Notes under the pieces: model-generated | Databases searched by the model: none | What the model was told of the DNA's origin: nothing | Seen by the model: the letters and a program-made list of their open reading frames with translations, nothing else | From: Candidatus Levyibacteriota bacterium | Lineage (GTDB): Bacteria; Patescibacteriota; Microgenomatia; Levybacterales; GWA1-39-11 | Length of the DNA: 64,000 nt | Assembly: GCA_050255815.1 (NCBI GenBank) | Contig: JBLMVJ010000019.1 | Location: 26-64,025 of the forward strand | Reading direction: 5' to 3' | Translations under genes and position numbers: made by a program | Part shown: in pieces, positions 46,510 through 55,606 of the stretch | How the letters are laid out: every line of letters starts with the position of its first letter | Numbering within the stretch: position 1 is the first letter of the stretch

Positions 46510-47772
46510 TTATTTCTTTGGGGTTATTACATCAAATCCGGTGTATTTTTGCAGAACCGGAGGAACTACCACTGACCCATCAGCCTGTTGGTAATTTTCC
46601 AAAATAGCAATAAGGGTCCTTCCTATGGCAAATGCCGTACCATTCAGAATAGTCACAAACTCTTTTTTATCCTTTTCCTGATATTTTATGTTCAATCTAC
46701 GAGCTTGGAACTGACCAGTAGTAGAAATAGAGTGGGTCTCCCTATACTTATTTTGCGCCGGCATCCAGGTCTCTATATCCCGCGTTTCTGCCGCCGGGAA
46801 AGAAATATCCCTTGAGGCAAGACGTACAACCCGATAAGACAGCCCCAATTCTTCCATAAATTTCTCTGCCAATGCAGTTAATTTCCCCAGTTCCAGCTCA
46901 TCATCTTCCGGCTTTGCAAAAGATACCATCTCTACCTTTTCAAACTGGTGGACGCGCAAAATTCCGCGCGTATCTTTTCCGTATGACCCAGATTCACGGC
47001 GGAAAGCAGGGGAGAAGCCTACGTATCTTTTTGGCAAATCTGCTGCTTTAAATGTTTCATCTGTATGCATCGGAACCAATGCGTGCTCCGCAGTTCCTAT
47101 TAAGTACAACGCATTCTCTGCTTCCTGTCCTTTTTCCACTTCTTCAACATTCTGCGTCACATAATAATTAGTCTTATTTTCCGGGGTCCAGTAGCCAAGT
47201 CCCTTGGTAATTTCATTTTTTATAAGTACGGGGGGGAATACAGGAGTAAAACCGTCTTTTCGTAAAGTGTCCAAAGCAAACTGGACTAATGCAAGCTCTA
47301 AAAATACTGCTTCATTTTTTAAATAAGCAAACCGTGCACCGGAAACTTTTGCGGCACGGGCTACATCTATAATATCCAGCATCTCACCCAGTTCCAAATG
47401 GTCTCTGATTTTGAAATCAAACTTTCTGGGCTCCCCTACCGTCTTAATAACCTCAAAATCATCCTCTCCGCCTAAAGGTACTTCAGGGGCAGGAAGGTTA
47501 GGTATTTTTAGAAGTTCTTGCTCAAGTTCTAGCTTGACTATTTTCAATGAGGACTCAAGCCCATCCAACTCTTCCTTAATCCTTTTTCCCTCTTCAATGT
47601 TCCGGTCTTTTGCTGCAATATTGCGCTTTGCCTGCAATTCCTGGACCTGTGTGTTCAACTCCCGGTACTTTTTATCTAATTCAAGTACTTTTTCCACATC
47701 CACATCCACGCCTTTTTTCTGCGCATCCTGTTTTACCACCTCCGGATTCTCCCGTATAAACTTTAAGTCCAA
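46510..47772 (-). CDS. serS: Seryl-tRNA synthetase
   Basis: N-terminal coiled-coil arm (MLDLKFIRENPEVV..) and class II core motifs. Start moved to MLDLKF (47772); the track ORF starts 47811. Confidence 0.92.
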   Translation of the reverse strand: MDLKFIRENPEVVKQDAQKKGVDVDVEKVLELDKKYRELNTQVQELQAKRNIAAKDRNIEEGKRIKEELDGLESSLKIVKLELEQELLKIPNLPAPEVPLGGEDDFEVIKTVGEPRKFDFKIRDHLELGEMLDIIDVARAAKVSGARFAYLKNEAVFLELALVQFALDTLRKDGFTPVFPPVLIKNEITKGLGYWTPENKTNYYVTQNVEEVEKGQEAENALYLIGTAEHALVPMHTDETFKAADLPKRYVGFSPAFRRESGSYGKDTRGILRVHQFEKVEMVSFAKPEDDELELGKLTALAEKFMEELGLSYRVVRLASRDISFPAAETRDIETWMPAQNKYRETHSISTTGQFQARRLNIKYQEKDKKEFVTILNGTAFAIGRTLIAILENYQQADGSVVVPPVLQKYTGFDVITPKK

Positions 47773-47897
47773 CATAGTATTTAAGGTTAAAAGGCAAAAT
47801 GCAAAAGTCAAAACTGAAACTCAAAATTTAAAAGTTTTAAAGATTATAATTTTTACCTTTGACTTGCACTTTTGAATTTTGATCTTTGATTTTTGAA

Positions 47898-48512
47898 TTA
47901 ACTTATCCCGAGTTTTTCCATTAACTGAGGCTTAAGTTTTTCAATTGCCTTGTACCTGTGATTATACAGCTTTTCCTCTTCTCCTGAAAGGTCACGCTCA
48001 TGATAATATTTTTGGATTTGGGGAAGATAAAAAAATGAACGGTATGGATACCCATGCAACAGCTCAAGAAGAGGTTCTTTTGCAATAATCCCATCTACCC
48101 TACCTTCTTCCTGGATTTTTTCCCCATTTGGAAAAACTACTGTTACCATGGTGATAAAAGAAGCTTTCCTGTTTTCACCCGGTAAATCTTTTGCTACCTG
48201 CTTCATCTTTTCAATAATCTTCTCATCTGTTGAGTCTTCTCCTACCCACCGTTTTGAATGAAGTCCCGGCATGCCTCCCAATGCATCTATTTCTACACCG
48301 CCATCATCTGCCAGGGTTGGAAGACCGGAAAGATTTGCATAAAAACGTGCCTTCCCTTCCGAATTTTCAGCGTAAGAGTTTCCGTTTTCTTCAAAGTCCT
48401 GGTCAATTCCTACGTCAGCAAGCGAAACCAGCTCTAATGGCAAGTCTTGTAGAAAATGCTGGAACTCCTTCAACTTTCCCCTGTTAGTAGTAGCAATTAA
48501 TAGTTTCTTCAT
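47898..48512 (-). CDS. rdgB: Non-canonical purine NTP pyrophosphatase (RdgB/HAM1)
   Basis: LLIATTNRGKLKEF and PTLADDGGVEIDALGGMPGLHSKRW align with E. coli RdgB (ATGNVGKVRE / ADDSGLAVDVLGGAPGIYSAR). Confidence 0.85.
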   Translation of the reverse strand: MKKLLIATTNRGKLKEFQHFLQDLPLELVSLADVGIDQDFEENGNSYAENSEGKARFYANLSGLPTLADDGGVEIDALGGMPGLHSKRWVGEDSTDEKIIEKMKQVAKDLPGENRKASFITMVTVVFPNGEKIQEEGRVDGIIAKEPLLELLHGYPYRSFFYLPQIQKYYHERDLSGEEEKLYNHRYKAIEKLKPQLMEKLGIS

Positions 48513-48629
48513 GCTTCAAGACTTGTCATTCCGGACTTGATCCAGATCCTGTGAGACCCTAAATCAAGTTTAGGATGACAAAGAGTACAGTTATTATACT
48601 AGAGAGCTACATTTTGGTACAATTGCAGA

Positions 48630-49496
48630 ATGACAAACAGGAATCTGGTGCTGGAAAAAACTGAAGAGTATGAGCTTTTGGATTCAGGTGGTGAACAAAA
48701 GCTGGAACGCTATGGACAATATGTTATAGCAAGACCTGAAAAACAAGCCCTGTGGAAGAAATCCCATCCGGATTTATGGGAAAGGGCAGACGCTACATAT
48801 ATTAGAACCACTGATAAATTTGGAGAATGGAAAACAAAACAGAATATTCCTAATGAGTGGATTTTTAATGCATCTTCCAGTTTTAAGATGAAGTTAAAAT
48901 TAACTCCCTTTGGCCACGTAGGCATTTTCCCAGAACTTAAAAGTCAATGGGACTGGATTCAAAATATTACTCAAAATTCTCCTTCTCCCAAAGTCCTTTC
49001 CCTCTTTTCCTATACCGGTGCCGCAACGCTAGCTGCTGCTGCTGCCGGCGCACTGGTAACCCATGTAGATGCTTCAAAACCCGCTATTTCCTGGGCAGTA
49101 GAAAACCAGAAACTATCAGGACTGGAGCCTAAACCAATCAGATGGATAGTAGATGATGCGCTAAAATTTATAAAAAGAGAAGAGCGCCGGGGAAACATAT
49201 ATGACGGCATCATTATGGATCCGCCTAAATTTGGCCGAGGCCCAAAAGGTGAAGTGTGGCAGTTTGAAGAAGATTTTCCCGAATTGATGGAATCCTGCAC
49301 AAAGATTTTGGCAAAGAATCCTCTATTCTTTTTAGTTACCGCATACACGGTACCTATCTCACCTATAACACTTACCAATATGACCGCTGATATCTTGCCA
49401 AATAAAGAAAAAATTGAATTTGGAGAGATAACTATTAAAGAGTCGGAGTCTGGAAGACAACTACCTACCTCTATTTACGCCCGCTGGAATGCTTAA
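48630..49496 (+). CDS. Class I SAM-dependent rRNA methyltransferase-like (RlmI/YccW-type PF10672 fold)
   Basis: LSLFSYTGAATLAAAAAGALVTHVDASKPAISWA SAM-binding region and DGIIMDPPKF (DPPxF) catalytic motif. Confidence 0.75.
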   Translation: MTNRNLVLEKTEEYELLDSGGEQKLERYGQYVIARPEKQALWKKSHPDLWERADATYIRTTDKFGEWKTKQNIPNEWIFNASSSFKMKLKLTPFGHVGIFPELKSQWDWIQNITQNSPSPKVLSLFSYTGAATLAAAAAGALVTHVDASKPAISWAVENQKLSGLEPKPIRWIVDDALKFIKREERRGNIYDGIIMDPPKFGRGPKGEVWQFEEDFPELMESCTKILAKNPLFFLVTAYTVPISPITLTNMTADILPNKEKIEFGEITIKESESGRQLPTSIYARWNA

Positions 49497-50091
49497 ATGC
49501 AGAAATATCCGCAATCTCAATCTTTTTTCTACTTCCTTGATACGTTTTATACCAGATCCCTGTTTCCTGATCTAAAGTATACCCAAGCTTTCTCACCTGG
49601 TCAGAAGTCCATCTATCACGCAGGGCACCCCCTAGGCCGGTCGCTTCATCACGGATACCACCTACTACAACTTCTCCCCCTAGCTGGTACCTAAACCTGC
49701 TTAAAGAGTCCAAAATAACCTCATTTACTATGCCAAATAAGCCGGATCCGTACCCCTGTGATTGCCTGTGCTTGTCAGCATCTATACCAAATGTTACTGC
49801 AATAATTCCAGTTGCATCATGATGAAAAACATATTGTCCTCTGGCATAGCTGTCTCCAGTCCACTCATCTATCTGCTCATATATGTCCGTGTTAATTACC
49901 CGGATGGGTTCACCCAGGTTTATAGGAGCAAAAGTGGCATAGCGCAGTAAAAGCGGATCTTTTTCACCCAGAGGAACTTCTCCCCGCACCCTAGCAATGG
50001 CTCCTTGCAACCTGGGCCATGCATGTATAATTTTCTGTCTGTTCTCCTCCACAAGAGGATTTACCCGCTCTCCGGGGCCTTTTTCTGTCAT
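49471..50091 (-). CDS. GNAT-like acetyltransferase (tentative)
   Basis: HRQSQGYGSGLF resembles GNAT motif A (R/QxxGxG/A). Start abuts the lysS stop. Weak call. Confidence 0.4.
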   Translation of the reverse strand: MTEKGPGERVNPLVEENRQKIIHAWPRLQGAIARVRGEVPLGEKDPLLLRYATFAPINLGEPIRVINTDIYEQIDEWTGDSYARGQYVFHHDATGIIAVTFGIDADKHRQSQGYGSGLFGIVNEVILDSLSRFRYQLGGEVVVGGIRDEATGLGGALRDRWTSDQVRKLGYTLDQETGIWYKTYQGSRKKIEIADISAFKHSSGRK

Positions 50092-51543
50092 TTATTCTTC
50101 TGGGGATTTTTTATCCGGTTTCAATGTGGGGAAAAAAACCATTTCCCGGACAGGCTTATCTATCAAAAGGGCAAAAAGTCTTTCAGAAACACCAAATCCG
50201 GCTGCCGGGGGCATACCATACTCTAATGCTTCTACAAAATCCTCATCCATCATTTGGGCTTCCTCATCCCCGGCTTCGCGCAGTTTCATTTGTTCTTCAA
50301 ACCGCTCCCGCTGGTCTATAGGGTCATTTAGCTCTGAAAATCCTTTACCCAGCTCTGAACCCATAGCCAGAACCTGCATACGCTGTACATTCTGGGGTCT
50401 GTCAGGCAAACGTTTTGCAAGAGGTTCAACTTCAACCGGGTGGTTGAGTACAAACATAGGCTGGACAAGTTTTGGCCTGATTGTCTTTTTATATAAATAA
50501 TCAAGAAGTCTACCCTTCCCTAAATTTGGCTCTACCTTTACATGCTTTTCATCCGCTAACTTATATAAATCTTCTACTGACAATTCTTCTATATGTATCT
50601 GCCAATGTTCATTTAATAATTCCGCGTAGTCTTTTCTGGGCCAGTTTCCTTCCCAGTTAATCTCCTGCCCATTCCACTGGGTTTTTAAACTTCCAAAAGT
50701 CTCCTGGATTACCTTTTTATACATATCTTCTACAAAATCCATGAGTTCAGAATAATCCGCATATGCCCAATAGAATTCCAGTTGGGTATAATCCTGCAAA
50801 TGCTCATCATCTATTCCCTCATTCCTAAATATTCTGCCTATTTCAAATACCTTTTCAAATCCGCCAACCAAGAGCCTTTTAAGTGGTAATTCTAGTGAGA
50901 TGCGAAGATATAAATCCATATCCTGGGCATTATGGTGGGTAACAAAGGGTCTGGCGTCAGCTCCTCCAGGAATTTGCTGTAAAACCGGCGTCTCAACTTC
51001 TAAAAATCCATGATCCACCATGTAATTTCTGATGCTTTGCCAGAATTTTGTTTTCTTTTTGAAATCATCCTTTACCTCAGGGTTCATCAAAAGATCCAGA
51101 TATCTTTTTCTAAGACGGGTTTCTACATCCTTTAAACCGTAAAACTCTGAAGGGAGAGGTAATAAGGATTTAGTAAGAAGCTGCCAGGAAGCCGGCATAA
51201 TAGAAATTTCTCCAGCTATGGTTTTCCCAACTTCACCTTCTACCTGGATAAAGTCACCTATATCTAAAAGCCTGAGGTTTTTAAAACCTTCCGGCCCCAG
51301 TATTTTTTTTTGGAAGAAAATTTGTATCTTTCCACTCTCATCTTTCAGGTCTGCAAAGGCAATATTACCATGCTCTCTATAGGAAAAAATCCTACCAGTG
51401 ACCGCTACGTTCTTTCCCTCTGAATCCAAAGCCTGGGCAACAGAATGAGTTCTTTTAGTTGTAGCAGGGTAGGGGTCTATCTGTAATTCTTTTAGTTTCT
51501 CTAATTTTTCTAATCGCGCTTTTTTAAAGTTCTGTTCGTCCAT
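50092..51543 (-). CDS. lysS: Lysyl-tRNA synthetase, class II
   Basis: N-terminal OB anticodon-binding domain, class II motifs (FRNEGIDDEHL.., ..GGFGVSERLFALL). 483 aa. Confidence 0.93.
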   Translation of the reverse strand: MDEQNFKKARLEKLEKLKELQIDPYPATTKRTHSVAQALDSEGKNVAVTGRIFSYREHGNIAFADLKDESGKIQIFFQKKILGPEGFKNLRLLDIGDFIQVEGEVGKTIAGEISIMPASWQLLTKSLLPLPSEFYGLKDVETRLRKRYLDLLMNPEVKDDFKKKTKFWQSIRNYMVDHGFLEVETPVLQQIPGGADARPFVTHHNAQDMDLYLRISLELPLKRLLVGGFEKVFEIGRIFRNEGIDDEHLQDYTQLEFYWAYADYSELMDFVEDMYKKVIQETFGSLKTQWNGQEINWEGNWPRKDYAELLNEHWQIHIEELSVEDLYKLADEKHVKVEPNLGKGRLLDYLYKKTIRPKLVQPMFVLNHPVEVEPLAKRLPDRPQNVQRMQVLAMGSELGKGFSELNDPIDQRERFEEQMKLREAGDEEAQMMDEDFVEALEYGMPPAAGFGVSERLFALLIDKPVREMVFFPTLKPDKKSPEE

Positions 51544-51592
51544 ACCAGTATTTTACTATATCTCATACTTTTCTGCCTAAAGTATTTACATT

Positions 51593-51934
51593 TTAACTTG
51601 CTCTTTTTTGTGCACTTACCGTGTTTCCTTCTGGTAGAGCATACAATCTATTCTCCCGGATAAATGTCTGCCTTGCATACTCTTTCACTATGTTACGCAT
51701 TTCCCACCCTAATCCTTCAACTGCATTTCTTACGTTGGCACCAAGAGCACCTTGTTGGGCAATAGCAATCCGCTCCCCCTCTACACCAACCCGGGACATG
51801 CTGAGCTGCACCTGTGTACGGGGCTGCTCATCTATAAGCACCTGGGAAATATCAAGGGCAATAACCCGTCCATTATTACTAAAGTAGTGTTCTCCCGTTT
51901 TTAAATTATTTAATGCTTCAATTATATTTTTCAT
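51593..51934 (-). CDS. Hypothetical protein (113 aa) with very strong SD
   Basis: AAAAAAGGAGGTGATAAAC-ATG. Start moved to MKNII (51934) because the track GTG start lies inside the SD. No family recognised. Confidence 0.55.
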   Translation of the reverse strand: MKNIIEALNNLKTGEHYFSNNGRVIALDISQVLIDEQPRTQVQLSMSRVGVEGERIAIAQQGALGANVRNAVEGLGWEMRNIVKEYARQTFIRENRLYALPEGNTVSAQKRAS

Positions 51935-51961
51935 GTTTATCACCTCCTTTTTTCAGTTTTT

Positions 51962-52056
51962 AGCCATATTCTCCTTGTTCATGTGTCTAAAAACCGTTGG
52001 TTTTTAGCCATATTCTCCTTGTTCATGTGTCTAAAAACCGTTGGTTTTTAGCCATA
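51962..52056. repeat. 44-bp tandem direct repeat (2.2 copies) carrying duplicated SD+ATG mini-ORFs on the minus strand
   Basis: Unit AGCCATATTCTCCTTGTTCATGTGTCTAAAAACCGTTGGTTTTT at 51962-52005 and 52006-52049, with partial AGCCATA at 52050-52056. Minus strand reads AAGGAGAAT-ATGGCTAAAAACCAACGGTTTTTAGACACATGA (MAKNQRFLDT*) twice, then MAKN*. Confidence 0.8.
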
Positions 52057-52090
52057 AAAAAACCCCGCTGGTGCGGGGTCCGGTTTTTAA
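52057..52090 (-). terminator. Rho-independent terminator (effectively bidirectional) downstream of the PPAT/DPCK gene
   Basis: AAAAAAA-CCCCGC-tggt-GCGGGG-tccgg-TTTTT. On the minus strand the hairpin is immediately followed by TTTTTTTAT. Confidence 0.7.
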
Positions 52091-52190
52091 AAGTCCACAA
52101 AAACCAAACCCCTACGGGGTCTTCTTGGACTTCTTAGAAATAGTATTGAATGACATATTTTCCAAATAGTAACACTGCTGTCATGCAGTG

Positions 52191-53189
52191 TCAAGTTTTC
52201 TTTTCAAACCGGCTCATTAGTTCATATGCCTCATCTTTTATTTCTTCTGTCACCTCAAGCCTTACCATTCCTGCCCCCGGCTGCCCATAAAAAATGGTAA
52301 AGCCAAGAGGAGCGCAGAGTAGGGCAGGCAAAACAGCAAGATCCTCTTCCCCTTCTACAATAATCACTACCCTAGGCCCTCTCTCGCCCGGGAAGAAAGC
52401 TTGGGATGATTGCCTAAGAACTTTACGGATGGCTTTCGTTAGCTCTGAACTTACATTGCCTGCCGTATTTACTACCTTTATTTTTTCAGACGGTGGAAAC
52501 TCCCCTTCCGGAATTTCTTTGCGCTCTACTTTGTTATCAATAATTGCCAACTGAGGAAAAATTTCCGCATCCAGAAATGTTTTTGTGGTCCTATCACCTA
52601 CGGTTATTAATTTTTTAGAATTTATCCGGGGAGGTTCTGTAATGATTTCTCCCCAAATATCCTGTAGTTTTTTGCGTAGGGTAGAGGGGAGTAGAAAAGT
52701 ACTTTCCAACCATTCCTGTTTTACAAATATCCGCCCTGCTCTGTTAATTTCCCCATTCCTTATTCTGGTAGAGGTTATTGGTTCACCATCTTCTGCTAGG
52801 GTTAATTGAAAAATCTCCAGCGGCAATTCAGGCATACCCTCCTCTACCCTTTTTTTATTTACCCCTCTACCCGCTTCTTCCGTTGCCGTGGTTACCGCTA
52901 GGGAATCGAATTTATAGGCAGGATTCAGCGTAGGGCCAAAGTGGTCATCTAGGGAAACAATTTCTATATCCTCTGCTCTCCCTGTGCTTTTTAAAAAGGC
53001 TTCAAGGGCATGCAGCCGGATATCATATGCTTCAACTCCTAAGCCTCCTTTATACGCATTAATATAGGTATCAGAAGTTAACCCAAGCACAACTTTTTCG
53101 CCTAGGCTTACTATAAAATTAAGAAAATCTTTGTGTCCTTGGTGGAGCCGGTCAAATGTGCCGCCTGCAGCTACTAAATGATATGCCAT
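52191..53189 (-). CDS. Fused archaeal-type phosphopantetheine adenylyltransferase (N) + GTP-dependent dephospho-CoA kinase DUF359 (C)
   Basis: N-terminal cytidylyltransferase motif AAGGTFDRLHQGH. C-terminal ITVGDRTTKTFLDAEIFPQLAIIDNKVERKE...VVIIVEGEEDLAVLPALL matches the DUF359 dephospho-CoA kinase pattern (vGDvvt..ivDgk..R). Confidence 0.7.
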   Translation of the reverse strand: MAYHLVAAGGTFDRLHQGHKDFLNFIVSLGEKVVLGLTSDTYINAYKGGLGVEAYDIRLHALEAFLKSTGRAEDIEIVSLDDHFGPTLNPAYKFDSLAVTTATEEAGRGVNKKRVEEGMPELPLEIFQLTLAEDGEPITSTRIRNGEINRAGRIFVKQEWLESTFLLPSTLRKKLQDIWGEIITEPPRINSKKLITVGDRTTKTFLDAEIFPQLAIIDNKVERKEIPEGEFPPSEKIKVVNTAGNVSSELTKAIRKVLRQSSQAFFPGERGPRVVIIVEGEEDLAVLPALLCAPLGFTIFYGQPGAGMVRLEVTEEIKDEAYELMSRFEKKT

Positions 53190-53306
53190 TAAGGGAAATT
53201 ATATACCACTCGCAAATAAATTCGCATCGGGTATTACTTCTTCTAAGCTCATTTGCAGCAAAATAGTTGCAAATTGAGCAAGAAGAGTATAGTTGAGACT
53301 GGTGTT

Positions 53307-54251
53307 TTATACCATCCCAAACTTCTTCTTGAGGTTTACTACCATGTCTTCCGTCATCTTAGGTAAATCAAATTCATGTTTCCATCCCCAGTCGGAACGT
53401 GCTTTTGAATCATCTATAGTCATAGGCCAGGAATTTGCAATAGCTTGCCGTTTATCCGGATTATAGGTAACCTTTAAGTCAGGAATATGTTTTTTTAATT
53501 CTTCTTCTAGTTCTTTCGCGGTAAAACTTATAGCGGTCAGGTTATAGCTGTTTCTGATAGTAATCTTATGAGAATCTGCTTCCATGAGGTCTATAGTTGC
53601 CTTAATGGCATCATCTATATACATCATAGGAAGCGTAGTATCAGGTCCTACAAAACATTCATATGCCCCTTTTTGCAATCCATCATAAAAAATTGCAACC
53701 GCGTAATCTGTAGTGCCGCCACCGGGAGGAGTTTTCCAGGAAATAATACCGGGGTATCTTACGGATCTGACATCTAACCCAAACTTAATATTATAATACC
53801 TGCACAATCCTTCCCCGGAATATTTTGTCACACCATAAATAGTGGTAGGCTCCAAAACCGTATGCTGGGGTGTTTCAACCCTGGGAGTGGAAGGGCCAAA
53901 AGCGGCAATTGAGGATGGCCAAAAAATCTGCAAGCCATACTCAACTCCCAGATCCAGGATATGTTTTAGTCCATTCATGTTAATATCCCATGTCACGCTT
54001 GGATCAATTTCACCTTTTACTGATAACAGAGAGACCAGATGATATACGGTGTTAATTTGATATTTTTCAATAATCTTTTTTAATGTTTCTTTATCCCTGC
54101 TGTCAGCCTGCTCCAGAATACCGTCAAAATCTTTTGGTATGGTTGAATGGCCTACAGCCACTACATTTTCTTTCCCATACTTTTTCTGCAAGGCTGGGAC
54201 TAATTCTGACCCTATTTGTCCAAATGCGCCGGTAACTAATATTTTTTTCAT
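53307..54251 (-). CDS. tdh: L-threonine 3-dehydrogenase (UDP-glucose-4-epimerase-like SDR type)
   Basis: KILVTGAFGQIGSEL and YGVTK motifs. Adjacent to kbl. Start set at MKKILV (54251); the track ORF starts 54281. Confidence 0.85.
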   Translation of the reverse strand: MKKILVTGAFGQIGSELVPALQKKYGKENVVAVGHSTIPKDFDGILEQADSRDKETLKKIIEKYQINTVYHLVSLLSVKGEIDPSVTWDINMNGLKHILDLGVEYGLQIFWPSSIAAFGPSTPRVETPQHTVLEPTTIYGVTKYSGEGLCRYYNIKFGLDVRSVRYPGIISWKTPPGGGTTDYAVAIFYDGLQKGAYECFVGPDTTLPMMYIDDAIKATIDLMEADSHKITIRNSYNLTAISFTAKELEEELKKHIPDLKVTYNPDKRQAIANSWPMTIDDSKARSDWGWKHEFDLPKMTEDMVVNLKKKFGMV

Positions 54252-54324
54252 TTTGCGTACCCTTTGACAGGCTGAATACAATATCTAATTCAGTCTGTCA
54301 TCCTGTGTACTCACAGGACCTACC

Positions 54325-55494
54325 TTAGTTCAAAAGCCCAAGTTCTTTCGCTGTCTCTTCAAATGCCTTAATCCCGAAATCCAGATCCTCCCTGCTGTGT
54401 GCCGCTGAAGGAATTACCCTTACTCTTGCCGCACCCTTTGCTACCATGGGAAATTTAATTGCTGATGCAAAAACATTCTTCTCCATGAGCTTTGCGCTAA
54501 ATGTTGCGGCAATTTCTTCATCCTCTAACATGACGGGCGTTATAGGAGATTTACTTTTTCCGGTGTCAAAACCTAATTCCTGAAACTTGCTTTTAATATA
54601 TTCCGTATTCTCCCACAGTTTTTTTACCAACTCGTCAGATTCCTGCAATATCTTGAAGCCTTCTAGCGCTGCTGCGGTATCAGGGATAGTGAGCGTATTT
54701 GAAAATAAAAATTGCCTCGCATTCTTTTTATAGTACGCAATTAATTCTTTTTTACCGGTAATAAATCCCCCCATAACGCTAAAAGCCTTAGAGAGGGTAC
54801 CTACTTCTATATCTACCTGCCCGTGCAGTCCAAAATGGTCTACTATACCACGCCCTCCGCGTCCCAGTACTCCTTCTCCATGCGCATCATCTACCATGGT
54901 TAACGCCCCATACTGTTTTGCCAGTTCTACAATTTCCGGCAAGGGAGCCAAATCTCCATCCATAGAAAAGACGCCATCAGTTACAATTAGGATCTTTGCG
55001 TTTTCAATCTTTATGGCTTCTTTAAGCTGTTCTTCCAAACTTCCCATGTCCAAATGCTTGTAAATGAATTTATTCTTTACCTGGGAAAGCCTCACGGCAT
55101 CAATAATAGAGGCATGGTTCAACTCGTCTGAAACTACTACATCTTCTTTTCCTATGATTGTTTGGATTGCTGCACAATTTGCCATATATCCTCCGGTCAA
55201 AACTATAGCGTCTTCTGCTTCTTTAAAGGCTGCAATTGTTTTTTCAAGCTCAACGTTTAAGATATTTGTACCTGCCAGAGTCCTATACCCGGTCCCCACT
55301 CCATACCGGTCTACTGCTTTCTTTACCGATTCAATTACCCTGGGATGGACGGCTAGCCCCAAATAATGGCTGGAACAGAAATTAAGCTTTTTGACACCTT
55401 TTACGGTAAGATATGCACCTTCTCCTGATTCAATTATTGCAGGAGAACTAGTAGTTTCCGGGGCCAATTTTTGGTAAAACACTGAAATATCCAT
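54325..55494 (-). CDS. kbl: 2-amino-3-ketobutyrate CoA ligase (glycine C-acetyltransferase)
   Basis: PLP-dependent alpha-oxoamine synthase family: TLSKAFSVMGGF lysine motif, DDAHG, and NFCSSHYLGL near the N-terminus. tdh-kbl pairing. Confidence 0.88.
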   Translation of the reverse strand: MDISVFYQKLAPETTSSPAIIESGEGAYLTVKGVKKLNFCSSHYLGLAVHPRVIESVKKAVDRYGVGTGYRTLAGTNILNVELEKTIAAFKEAEDAIVLTGGYMANCAAIQTIIGKEDVVVSDELNHASIIDAVRLSQVKNKFIYKHLDMGSLEEQLKEAIKIENAKILIVTDGVFSMDGDLAPLPEIVELAKQYGALTMVDDAHGEGVLGRGGRGIVDHFGLHGQVDIEVGTLSKAFSVMGGFITGKKELIAYYKKNARQFLFSNTLTIPDTAAALEGFKILQESDELVKKLWENTEYIKSKFQELGFDTGKSKSPITPVMLEDEEIAATFSAKLMEKNVFASAIKFPMVAKGAARVRVIPSAAHSREDLDFGIKAFEETAKELGLLN

Positions 55495-55606
55495 GGTTTA
55501 GGATTAATTGTAACGAAGGTTAACCCTACGGTCAATTTTTTGAACAAATTGATCTTTTTTATACTTTTTGTTAAAATATTAACACTTCCCGCATAAAGAG
55601 GTTTCA

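Noticed and set aside
51962-52056. CRISPR array
   Set aside because: Only 2.2 directly abutting copies of a 44-bp unit with no spacers. No cas genes in the window.
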